IMG/VR virus record: IMGVR_UViG_2651869691_000006
Coordinates: 1 to 13,453 of that record
Reading direction: 5' to 3' (one strand)
DNA from: a virus
Taxonomy: Duplodnaviria > Heunggongvirae > Uroviricota > Caudoviricetes
DNA: 13,453 nucleotides
Part shown: positions 1 through 7,858 of the stretch, in pieces
Position numbering within the stretch: position 1 is the stretch's first letter
Layout of the letters: the number at the start of each line of letters is the position of its first letter
Made by a program: the position numbers and the translations under genes
The notes under the pieces: generated by a model
The model's input: the letters and a program-made list of their open reading frames with translations, nothing else
Databases searched by the model: none
What the model was told of the DNA's origin: nothing

Positions 1-650
<650 letters not shown>

Positions 651-651
<1 letters not shown>

Positions 652-1199
652 TGAGGACGATTGAAGCCATGCAGCGACAACTTCTCGGCCTGATTGGGCG
701 GGCAGTGGTGAAAAGCATCAGTGCCGCCACGAAATGTCAGACCGTGGATGTGTCCCTGATTGCCGGTGAACCCAAAGCCGGGGTTGAACATCTTGAACCC
801 TACGGTTTTACCGCAAGGGCAAACAGCGGTGCGGAAGCGGTGGTGTTGTTTCCGGATGGCGACCGTTCTCATGCGGTGGTTGTTACGGTGTCGGACCGGC
901 GCTACCGCCTGAAAGGGCTGCAGACGGGTGAGGTGGCTGTCTATGACGATCAGGGGCAGTCTGTGACGCTGACCCGGGAGGGGATCGTGGTGGACGGTGC
1001 AGGTAAAACGATCACGTTTCGCAATGCGCCCAGAGCACGTTTTGAAATGGACCTGGAAGTGACCGGACAGGTGAAAGACCTGTGCGACTCCGGCGGCACC
1101 ACCATGTCAGCGATGCGGCTTGCCTATAACGGCCATCGTCACAGAGAGAACGGTCAGGGCAGTAACACCGACAAACCGGATAAAGCGATGGAGGCATGA
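651..1199 (+). CDS. Phage baseplate assembly/spike protein V-like (Mu gp45-like)
   Basis: 182-aa ORF; ATG overlaps the upstream stop; motif ...LQTGEVAVYDDQGQSVTLTREGIVVDG... typical of gpV-type baseplate spike proteins; size and position match Mu gp45. Confidence 0.7.
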
Positions 1200-1624
1200 T
1201 GGAACTGTGGCTGACGGTGAACGGTAAACGCACCTGCGCCAGCGCACCGCTGGATCCGCTGACCCGCGCCGTGGTGATTTCCCTGTTCACCTGGCGGCGG
1301 GCGGAGCCTGATGACAATGCCGACGTCCCGATGGGATGGTGGGGGGATACCTGGCCTGCGGTACAGAATGACCGTTACGGCTCCCGGCTGTGGCTGCTTC
1401 AGCGCGGCAAACTGACCAATCAGCTGGTGCAGACGGTAAGGGGGTATATCCGCGAATGCCTGCAATGGATGATTGATGACGGTGTGGTGTCCCGTATTGA
1501 TCTGGATATCCGCCGCACCGGGATTAATGAACTGGGTAACAGTATCACTCTCTGGCGTCGTGACGGACCGGTAATGATTTCTTTTGATGATCTGTGGAGT
1601 GCGATAACGCATGGCGGACAGTGA
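1196..1624 (+). CDS. Phage baseplate protein, Mu gp46-like (GP46/W-like)
   Basis: 142-aa ORF overlapping the upstream stop by 4 nt (ATGA); size and position between V-like and J-like genes match Mu gp46. Confidence 0.65.
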   Translation: MMELWLTVNGKRTCASAPLDPLTRAVVISLFTWRRAEPDDNADVPMGWWGDTWPAVQNDRYGSRLWLLQRGKLTNQLVQTVRGYIRECLQWMIDDGVVSRIDLDIRRTGINELGNSITLWRRDGPVMISFDDLWSAITHGGQ

Positions 1625-2669
1625 ATTTCAGCGCCCGACGCTGGCAGAAAATATCAGTATGCTCCGTAACGATTTATTCGCCAGGCTGGACGTCAGCGAC
1701 ACGCTCCGGCGCATGGATGAAGACGTGCGGGCAAAGGTGTATGCGGCGGCGCTGCATACGGTTTACGGTTACATCGATTATCTGGCAATGAACATGCTGC
1801 CTGACCTGTGCGATGAGTCCTGGCTGGCGCGACATGCTGCGATGAAACGGTGTCCGCGCAAGGGGGCCACGGCTGCCAGCGGGTATATGCGCTGGGAAGG
1901 TGTCAGCGATGGCCTGAAGGTGACCGCCGGGAGTGTTATTCAGCGCGATGACCTGGTTCAGTACACGGCAACTGCCGATGCAACCAGCGCCGGTGGTGTC
2001 CTGCGCGTGCCGATCGCCTGCTCAAGTGCAGGAGCGGTCGGTAACGCTGACGACGGTACGTCATTAATCCTGGTCACGCCGGTGAATGGTCTGCCGTCTT
2101 CCGGCGTGGCAGACACTCTGACAGGTGGATTTGATACTGAAGAGCTGGAAACGTGGCGCGCCCGCGTCATTGAGCGGTATTACTGGACGCCTCAGGGCGG
2201 GGCTGACGGGGACTATGTAGTCTGGGCTAAAGAAGTGCCCGGCATTACCCGTGCATGGACATACCGCCACTGGATGGGAACGGGGACTGTCGGTGTGATG
2301 ATTGCCAGCAGTGACCTGATTAATCCCATTCCGGAAGAATCAACGGAAACGGCGGCAAGACAACACATTGAGCCACTGGCCCCGGTGGCAGGCTCTGATT
2401 TGTATGTATTCAGGCCGGTGGCGCATAAAGTGGATTTTCATATCCGCGTGACGCCGGACACACCGGAAATACGGGCTGCCATCACCGCCGAGTTGCGTTC
2501 GTTCCTGCTGCGTGATGGTTATCCGCAGGGAGAACTGAAGGTGTCGCGTATCAGTGAGGCGATTTCCGGTGCGAACGGGGAATACAGCCATCAGTTGCTT
2601 GCACCGGCGGACAATATCTCCATTGCAAAAAATGAACTGGCGGTACTGGGGACGATTTCATGGACGTGA
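1611..2669 (+). CDS. Baseplate J-like protein (Mu gp47-like; JayE-like)
   Basis: 352-aa ORF overlapping neighbours on both sides; size and order (V-like, gp46-like, J-like, gp48-like, tail fibre) match the Mu/P2 baseplate wedge. Confidence 0.75.
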   Translation: MADSEFQRPTLAENISMLRNDLFARLDVSDTLRRMDEDVRAKVYAAALHTVYGYIDYLAMNMLPDLCDESWLARHAAMKRCPRKGATAASGYMRWEGVSDGLKVTAGSVIQRDDLVQYTATADATSAGGVLRVPIACSSAGAVGNADDGTSLILVTPVNGLPSSGVADTLTGGFDTEELETWRARVIERYYWTPQGGADGDYVVWAKEVPGITRAWTYRHWMGTGTVGVMIASSDLINPIPEESTETAARQHIEPLAPVAGSDLYVFRPVAHKVDFHIRVTPDTPEIRAAITAELRSFLLRDGYPQGELKVSRISEAISGANGEYSHQLLAPADNISIAKNELAVLGTISWT

Positions 2670-3244
2670 CAAACGATGATTACATCCATCTGTTGTCGGC
2701 ACTGTTGCCCCCCGGTCCGGCGTGGTCAGCCAGCGATCCGGCGATTGCCGGTGCGGCACCGTCATTAACCCGCGTTCATCAGCGTGCGGATGCCCTGATG
2801 CGGGAGCTGGATCCGCGCACCACCACCGAACTGATAAATCGCTGGGAGCGTCTGTGCGGCCTGCCGGATGAATGTATTCCCGCAGGGACACAGACCCTTC
2901 GCCAGCGTCAGCAACGACTGGATGCGAAGGTTAACCTGGCGGGCGGCATCAATGAGGATTTTTACCTTGCACAGCTTGCTGCCCTGGGCAGACCAGACGC
3001 CACCATCACGCGATACGACAAAAGCACGTTCACCTGCTCATCGGCCTGTACTGACGCGGTGAATGCGCCGGAATGGCGGTATTACTGGCAGGTCAACATG
3101 CCAGCCGCCACCAACACCACCTGGATGACATGTGGCGATCCCTGTGATTCCGCACTGCGTATCTGGGGCGACACCGTTGTCGAGTGTGTGCTTAACAAAC
3201 TCTGCCCGTCGCATACCTACGTAATTTTTAAATATCCGGAGTAA
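2660..3244 (+). CDS. ymfQ: Phage tail protein, Mu gp48-like / P2 gpI-like (YmfQ-type, DUF2313)
   Basis: 194-aa ORF ([22 protein letters not shown]...) directly upstream of the tail-fibre gene; same length and position as YmfQ of K-12 e14. Confidence 0.65.
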   Translation: MDVTNDDYIHLLSALLPPGPAWSASDPAIAGAAPSLTRVHQRADALMRELDPRTTTELINRWERLCGLPDECIPAGTQTLRQRQQRLDAKVNLAGGINEDFYLAQLAALGRPDATITRYDKSTFTCSSACTDAVNAPEWRYYWQVNMPAATNTTWMTCGDPCDSALRIWGDTVVECVLNKLCPSHTYVIFKYPE

Positions 3245-3247
3245 TCC

Positions 3248-3832
3248 ATGCATCGTATAGACACGAAAACCGCGCAGAAGGATAAGTTCGGCGCGGGTAA
3301 GAACGGTTTTACCCGTGGTAACCCCCAGACCGGCACACCTGCCACCGATCTGGATGATGACTACTTTGACATGTTGCAGGAGGAACTTTGCAGTGTTGTG
3401 GAGGCATCCGGTGCCAGCCTGGAGAAGGGGCGGCATGACCAGCTGCTTACAGCGCTTCGTGCGCTGCTGTTAAGCCGCAAGAATCCGTTTGGCGATATCA
3501 AATCGGATGGCACGGTGAAAACGGCTCTCGAAAACCTTGGTTTGGGAGAAGGTGCTAACTGGGTTATGTTACCTGGAGGAATGATAATTCAGCGTGTTTA
3601 TCTTGGATTTCCTATTGGCACTAATGTAAGACATATAACTTTCCCCCGGTCGTTTACAACAACGAACTATTCCATCTCAATTAACTGGAATGATATCGGT
3701 ACTGTAACAACTGAAACACAATCACCAGCAAATGTGGCGGTTGTTCATCAAACAAAATCATTAACAGGGGCCAGCATCTGGCAGGCAGGTCCCGGGGGAT
3801 TTAATGTGGACATTATAGCGGTGGGGTATTGA
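3248..3832 (+). CDS. stfP: Side tail fibre protein (StfP-like): constant N-terminal part fused to the currently resident variable C-terminal part
   Basis: 194-aa ORF with the widespread prophage tail-fibre N-terminus [47 protein letters not shown]...; the invertase crossover site lies inside it at 3525-3550 (codons ...[11 protein letters not shown]...). Confidence 0.8.
   Translation: MHRIDTKTAQKDKFGAGKNGFTRGNPQTGTPATDLDDDYFDMLQEELCSVVEASGASLEKGRHDQLLTALRALLLSRKNPFGDIKSDGTVKTALENLGLGEGANWVMLPGGMIIQRVYLGFPIGTNVRHITFPRSFTTTNYSISINWNDIGTVTTETQSPANVAVVHQTKSLTGASIWQAGPGGFNVDIIAVGY
3525..3550. repeat. Left crossover site of a Pin/Hin/Gin-family DNA invertase (26-bp imperfect palindrome)
   Basis: CTCTCGAAAACC-TT-GGTTTGGGAGAA; the left half matches the hixL half-site TTCTTGAAAACC at 10/12 positions; the right half is the reverse complement of TTCTCCCAAACC; located at the constant/variable junction of the tail-fibre gene. 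Confidence 0.7.
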
Positions 3833-3833
3833 T

Positions 3834-4262
3834 ATGTACGTATGGAGCGCTAAAGCAAATGGCTTTTTCCCCATATCGGAGAAAGAAAAATTTGAGGCAT
3901 CAGGTCTGTGGCCTGATGATGGTGTAATAGTCAGTGAGGAAGAACATAAAAAGTTATTTATGGATATTCCACCAGGAAAACAGATTGGAACACTGAATGG
4001 AAAACCAGCACTGATAGATATTCCTCAGCCGACCAAAAAGGAATTAATAGCTATTGCTGAAGTTAAAAAATCCCAATTACGGGAAAAGGCTGACAGTGAA
4101 ATATCCTGGCGTCAGGATGCTGTTGATGCTGATATCGCAACTGATGAAGAAGCTACAACTCTCACCCAATGGAAGAAATACCGTGTGCTGCTGATGCGTG
4201 TTGATACGTCAACAGCACCCGATATTGAATGGCCTACGCCTCCGGCAGTTCAGGCCAGATGA
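3834..4262 (+). CDS. tfaP: Tail fibre assembly protein (TfaP-like)
   Basis: 142-aa ORF immediately after the tail-fibre gene; C-terminus ...DTSTAPDIEWPTPP shares the motif found at the C-terminus of the convergent tfaE-like gene. Confidence 0.75.
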   Translation: MYVWSAKANGFFPISEKEKFEASGLWPDDGVIVSEEEHKKLFMDIPPGKQIGTLNGKPALIDIPQPTKKELIAIAEVKKSQLREKADSEISWRQDAVDADIATDEEATTLTQWKKYRVLLMRVDTSTAPDIEWPTPPAVQAR

Positions 4263-4827
4263 CATCCGGCGCGGTGCTGGTATCTGTTGCCGTCACCGCG
4301 TCAATGTAATCCAGCACGGCGTTAAGTCGGGTTGTTTCTGCCTGAGTCAGTTTCCGTCCGGCCTGTAATTTCAGCTGAATCAGACTAATGGAAGCCATTG
4401 CTGCATCAATCAGTGACTGGCGCTGTGCTTCTGCCGCGTCTACTGCGGCACTGTGTTGTGCCTCAGTGTCTGTCACCCATTTCTCACCATCCCATTTATC
4501 GTATGGCGTTAACGGTGAAAGCGTGACATAACCGTCTTTGATGGCACCGATATAATCCACTGTAACAGCTGCACCATTTTCGATTGAGTAAACAGTCTCA
4601 TTGCGATGGTCTTCCTCATGGCTCCATCCCTTACCTGTAAATACCGTCACTCTTCCCGGAATGTTTTCGCCCGGGTCAATACCAGTTGAACAGGCGGGCA
4701 TACTTACGCCAGTATTAATATATTCATCAGACCAGCCCGTATACTCAGATGTTTCAGCATCATAATAAAAACAACGCATATCGCCCGGCACTGTAGCCAG
4801 CCCATTTTCATCAAAAACAGGTTTCAT
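4234..4827 (-). CDS. tfaE: Tail fibre assembly protein (TfaE-like), alternative copy inside the invertible segment
   Basis: 197-aa minus-strand ORF; C-terminus ...DTSTAPDVIWPELPEA; 3' end overlaps tfaP by 29 nt on the opposite strand; start overlaps the stfE stop (TAATG). Confidence 0.75.
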   Translation of the reverse strand: MKPVFDENGLATVPGDMRCFYYDAETSEYTGWSDEYINTGVSMPACSTGIDPGENIPGRVTVFTGKGWSHEEDHRNETVYSIENGAAVTVDYIGAIKDGYVTLSPLTPYDKWDGEKWVTDTEAQHSAAVDAAEAQRQSLIDAAMASISLIQLKLQAGRKLTQAETTRLNAVLDYIDAVTATDTSTAPDVIWPELPEA

Positions 4828-5309
4828 TATTTAGCCCTCACCAGAAAGTTAAATGCAATATTTCGCGGTCTGACAGCAACAAAATTCACACCATCACCCA
4901 CAGAGTTACTGGTGAAATTAAATCGTGAAAATCCTGGCTGATTTCCGGCGATGCCATCATGAAAGTTAATTGCGTGTCCCGCACCTTCGCCTATATTCCC
5001 GGCAAACTGAGAAAAGTTTGTAGCTGCCTGCCAGCTTAATAATTCGCGACCACCATCTGCACCTCGCCCGTCATCCCAGACACGAATGAAATCACCGCGT
5101 GCGTCAGGTAATGCCAACGCCGGAAACACTTTCGCCAGCACAGGGTAATCAGTGGCAGAAAATTTCGCCCCGTTGAACTTCAAAAACACCATACTGGACC
5201 AGCTGTCGATTACAGTATTTGGCATTGCAGCGGACGCCCAGAAGAACGGAACGCCAATAGCTGGAGCACCTTCTCCCAAACTGCGATGGCTCACTGCTGA
5301 TATGTGCAA
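4827..5309 (-). CDS. stfE: Alternative tail-fibre variable C-terminal domain (StfE-like), promoterless; expressible only after inversion fuses it to the stfP constant part
   Basis: Minus-strand frame open from 5321 to the stop at 4827-4829, with no ATG near its 5' end (TTG at 5309); begins ...HISAVSHRSLGEGAPAIG..., sharing the LGEGA junction codons with stfP. Confidence 0.65.
   Translation of the reverse strand: MHISAVSHRSLGEGAPAIGVPFFWASAAMPNTVIDSWSSMVFLKFNGAKFSATDYPVLAKVFPALALPDARGDFIRVWDDGRGADGGRELLSWQAATNFSQFAGNIGEGAGHAINFHDGIAGNQPGFSRFNFTSNSVGDGVNFVAVRPRNIAFNFLVRAK
5265..5293. repeat. Right boundary repeat of the invertible segment: inner half-site only
   Basis: AGCACCTTCTCCCAAAC at 5265-5281 is the exact reverse complement of 3540-3556; beyond it (TGCGATGGCTCA) neither the core dinucleotide nor an outer half-site is recognisable. 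Confidence 0.6.
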
Positions 5310-5503
5310 TCGACGGGGAGTTCAGGATCAAGCGATATCGGACTCATCCTCAACACCACCTGATTAATTTGGAGAGCGGGAGAAGGGAGATGCTACCAGT
5401 AGATGATGACGGTTACGGTTCTGCTCCCGCGATATTCGGGGTGATTACTTACATCATTAATGATGCGAGGAACGCGGAGTTTGATGATTGTCCGGTGATG
5501 TAA

Positions 5504-6172
5504 TCATATTGGCGTTATTAGTTCGGCGCCCTGATTTTTCACATTCCCGACGGCACGCGTTACGGCGTGCCATATAAATTTATCAGCCGGTACAACACCG
5601 TCGGCTGCAATTTCCGCTGCTTCTTTCCCTCCAACATCCTGCCTCATCCATTCACGCGCGGCTTCCGGTAGCAGTACCAGTGGTCGTCTGTCGTGAATAT
5701 CAACCAGTCCTTTGTCAGCTGCAGCTGTAACTATCAGGAAACCTTCTGCTTCATCTCCACGTTCGAATGGTGTGCTGCCGATCGCCGCCATAAAAATCGG
5801 CTGACCGTCTGCCCGGTGAATAAAGTAGGGTTGTTTTTGGTCGCCTTCCTTTTTCCACTCATACCATCCATCAGCAAAGCAAATTGCGCGGCCATGCTGC
5901 CAGAGTGGTTTAAACATTCTGCTGGTGGCAGCAGTTTCAGACCGTGCATTAATGAGCGGCGGTTTATCCCACCAACCGGGGGCGTATCCCCAGATAACTG
6001 GATCAAGATGCAACTGCTCATCACGTTCGCTCAGAAGCAGAACTTTTGTTCCTGGCGCTACGTTGAATCTTCCGATGGGTTCTGGATCGTATGGAATATC
6101 GCGTTCTGATTCATCAGCGAGAAGGGCAAGATAATCTTCACGGGTCATTGACTGTGAAAAGCGTCCACACAT
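5504..6172 (-). CDS. SOS-response-associated peptidase (SRAP, YedK/HMCES family; abasic-site processing protein)
   Basis: 222-aa ORF starting MCGRFSQS (conserved Cys2 nucleophile of the SRAP/DUF159 family); GGAGG Shine-Dalgarno 5 nt upstream of the ATG. Confidence 0.8.
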   Translation of the reverse strand: MCGRFSQSMTREDYLALLADESERDIPYDPEPIGRFNVAPGTKVLLLSERDEQLHLDPVIWGYAPGWWDKPPLINARSETAATSRMFKPLWQHGRAICFADGWYEWKKEGDQKQPYFIHRADGQPIFMAAIGSTPFERGDEAEGFLIVTAAADKGLVDIHDRRPLVLLPEAAREWMRQDVGGKEAAEIAADGVVPADKFIWHAVTRAVGNVKNQGAELITPI

Positions 6173-6406
6173 AGAAACCTCCAGCCGTATGTCAGACTGA
6201 AAGTATAGGGCAGTTAGAAAAAGTGGTGCACACCGTTAAAGATTTAAAAGGAGCATGTAAGGTAAATCGGAATGATGGTTTTGTGAATTGATGAATTCCG
6301 AAAGTGAAAAAGATACTTAATCATTGTGTGCTAGCGATACGGGGGCAACATTTGACGGGGTTTTTCCCCTGTAATTCCCCATTGCTTCCCCGTTCAGAAA
6401 ACAGGC

Positions 6407-6431
6407 AAAAAAACCAGCCGTAACAGGCTGG
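6407..6431 (-). terminator. Rho-independent terminator (minus strand) within repeat copy 1
   Basis: On the minus strand: CCAGCC-tgttac-GGCTGG hairpin followed by TTTTTTT. Confidence 0.7.
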
Positions 6432-6446
6432 TTCTTCGAGGATTTT

Positions 6447-6491
6447 TGGTCGGCACGAGAGGATTTGAACCTCCGCCCCCCGACACCCCAT
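6447..6491 (-). pseudogene. tRNA-Pro 3' fragment (anticodon loop to CCA end), not a complete tRNA
   Basis: Reverse complement reads AUGGGGUGUCGGGGGGCGGAGGUUCAAAUCCUCUCGUGCCGACCA: T-arm GGAGG-UUCAAAU-CCUCU, acceptor 3' strand CGUGCCG, discriminator A, CCA. This matches from memory the 3' half of an E. coli proline tRNA (anticodon loop AUGGGGU). No 5' half is present upstream. Confidence 0.65.
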
Positions 6492-6569
6492 AGTGTCGTG
6501 CTAATATTCTGATGGCCTATATGCGTCTACAGTAAGTTGATAGCATCATTCGTCGGTCGCTTCGTAGTC

Positions 6570-7385
6570 TCACATACGGATAAAATTTTTTCTATTGATT
6601 TTGTCTCTATCAGAGCCATAAATGATGGTTGCAAAAAAACGACCTAATTCAAGATGGTGGAAGTGATTATCTTTTGCTTGAACTGTCATTGAGTCTAATA
6701 TGTTATAGATGCATTCTATGATATGAATAACTAATAAAGTGCGATAACCAGCAAGCATTTCACTTCTTTTAAGTAAATAATTTAAATCCCCTGCAGAGTT
6801 TATATGGTTTCTGTCTTCATCATAATATCCAAGCACATAGCATGGCAGTGTTTCACCATAGCTTCGGTATTGCTCGCATTTTTTATCAATTATATTTTTT
6901 TGTCTTTTTGTTAATATTTTATCGTAAATGCTCTTATCGATTTCATTATACCATTGCTTCATGGGATCATTGTCGTTGTCATTAGTAATGAAATCAATAT
7001 TACTATATCTTGATGAATTTGCAAAATTAGTTAACAACTCCATCACTCTGTAGTGAATTTCATTTAAGCCAGAGGGAGAATCAACTCTCTCAATGACTAG
7101 GTTGAATAACTTGCTTAAGTTATGACCGTAATCTCTTAATTTTTTGCGTGATGTATATTTTCCATTTTTATTATAATCATCAAGCATAAGGCAAAGTTTC
7201 ATAAGCCTTTCTAATCCTAAACTGATGCCGGATAATGCTTGAAAATACAATCCTCTACTTGCAAAATTTGCTTTCCTTAGGGAAGTGAGCCCTATGCCTA
7301 ATAATTGTCTTGAAAAGTCAACCTCATCAACAAATCTTCTGTATTTTTCATCCATAAAAACCTCAGTCAGCCAATTAATATTCAA
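6570..7385 (-). CDS. Hypothetical protein, 271 aa, AT-rich horizontally acquired cargo gene; function unknown (candidate defence/abortive-infection-like)
   Basis: Long minus-strand ORF in a region that appears strongly AT-rich by inspection, in contrast to flanking DNA; Lys/Asn/Ile/Tyr-rich protein; contains KLRDYGHNLSKL (R-x3-H); followed by the terminator in repeat copy 1. Confidence 0.7.
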   Translation of the reverse strand: MNINWLTEVFMDEKYRRFVDEVDFSRQLLGIGLTSLRKANFASRGLYFQALSGISLGLERLMKLCLMLDDYNKNGKYTSRKKLRDYGHNLSKLFNLVIERVDSPSGLNEIHYRVMELLTNFANSSRYSNIDFITNDNDNDPMKQWYNEIDKSIYDKILTKRQKNIIDKKCEQYRSYGETLPCYVLGYYDEDRNHINSAGDLNYLLKRSEMLAGYRTLLVIHIIECIYNILDSMTVQAKDNHFHHLELGRFFATIIYGSDRDKINRKNFIRM

Positions 7386-7577
7386 GAATGATTTCTATAA
7401 AGAACTAATCTAGTTAAATCATCTGATGTAATTAGTATTACAATACCATCAGACGACATTGAAGCAGTATTGTGCCTTATCTACCCTATGTACGTCCATT
7501 GATAAAAATCTGCGCTTTTCGCAGTGGGGTCAATCGTAAGCTAATTTCCCCATTGCTTCCCCGTTCAGAAAACAGGC

Positions 7578-7603
7578 AAAAAAAACCAGCCGTAACAGGC
7601 TGG
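7578..7603 (-). terminator. Rho-independent terminator (minus strand) within repeat copy 2
   Basis: Same CCAGCC/GGCTGG hairpin followed by an 8-T run on the minus strand, positioned downstream of the 322-aa gene. Confidence 0.7.
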
Positions 7604-7618
7604 TTCTTCGAGGATTTT

Positions 7619-7662
7619 TGGTCAGCACGAGAGGATTTGAACCTCCGCCCCCGACACCCCAT
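7619..7662 (-). pseudogene. tRNA-Pro 3' fragment (copy 2), acceptor stem mutated (CGUGCUG)
   Basis: Reverse complement reads AUGGGGUGUCGGGGGCGGAGGUUCAAAUCCUCUCGUGCUGACCA. Confidence 0.6.
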
Positions 7663-7858
7663 AGCGGTGATCTACCTTCTCATCAAGGGTAACCATGTGC
7701 CAGAAGCAGCCCTTGCGCACATTGGATGGGTATCAAATAATGAAGTAGGTCAACTTTATTAAATAAAATTGTGTTGGTTCAGATGATCGAATGGGAATGA
7801 ATAGTTTATTACTTTTGGTGACCGCAAGCGCGATCACCTTCGATTTGGTGGCAATTAC

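Larger units (their letters stand above)
3525..5293. other. Invertible tail-fibre host-range segment (e14 P-region / Mu G-segment type), ~1.75 kb, with no cognate invertase gene in the window
   Basis: 17-bp perfect inverted repeats at both ends; two variable tail-fibre C-termini and two tfa genes in mirror arrangement with convergent, overlapping tfa 3' ends. Confidence 0.7.
6373..6493 (-). repeat. Direct repeat copy 1 (~120 bp): tRNA-Pro 3' fragment plus downstream terminator region
   Basis: Near-identical to 7542-7664 (differences: one A in the A-run, one C in the C-run, one G/A); contains the tRNA 3' portion at 6447-6491 and a terminator at 6407-6431. Confidence 0.8.
7542..7664 (-). repeat. 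Direct repeat copy 2 (~120 bp): tRNA-Pro 3' fragment plus downstream terminator region
   Basis: Near-identical to 6373-6493; tRNA-like similarity continues in degenerate form to about 7680 (GGUAGAUCACCGCU resembling the D-stem/anticodon-stem region); acceptor stem carries a G-to-A change. Confidence 0.8.

Noticed and set aside
1154-1612. 152-aa minus-strand ORF antisense to the baseplate genes
   Set aside because: Antisense to a tightly packed co-directional operon with overlapping start/stop codons; no start context; composition artefact.
5310-5503. Remnant of the pin invertase gene
   Set aside because: No frame in this 194-bp gap resembles a serine recombinase N-terminus; only a short 38-codon ORF is present.
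5693-6134. Several 69-138-aa ORFs (both strands) inside the SRAP gene
   Set aside because: All overlap the well-supported SRAP reading frame; no independent support.
6196-6212. Possible LexA box (CTG...CAG) upstream of the SRAP gene
   Set aside because: Spacing is 17 bp rather than the 16-bp CTGT-N8-ACAG consensus, and the flanking T/A positions do not match.
7419-7455. Imperfect inverted repeat (TCTGATG...CATCAGA) upstream of the 271-aa gene
   Set aside because: Short 7-bp perfect arms with an 18-bp AT-rich spacer; could arise by chance in AT-rich DNA; mentioned only as a possible operator.
6373-7664. CRISPR array or complete tRNA gene
   Set aside because: Only two repeat copies, ~120 bp long and 1.17 kb apart, so not CRISPR-like; the tRNA-like sequence lacks a 5' half (no matching acceptor 5' strand or D-arm), so it is not a functional tRNA.
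7472-7762. 96-aa plus-strand ORF
   Set aside because: Spans the tRNA-fragment/terminator repeat, which is better explained as a non-coding repeat on the opposite strand.
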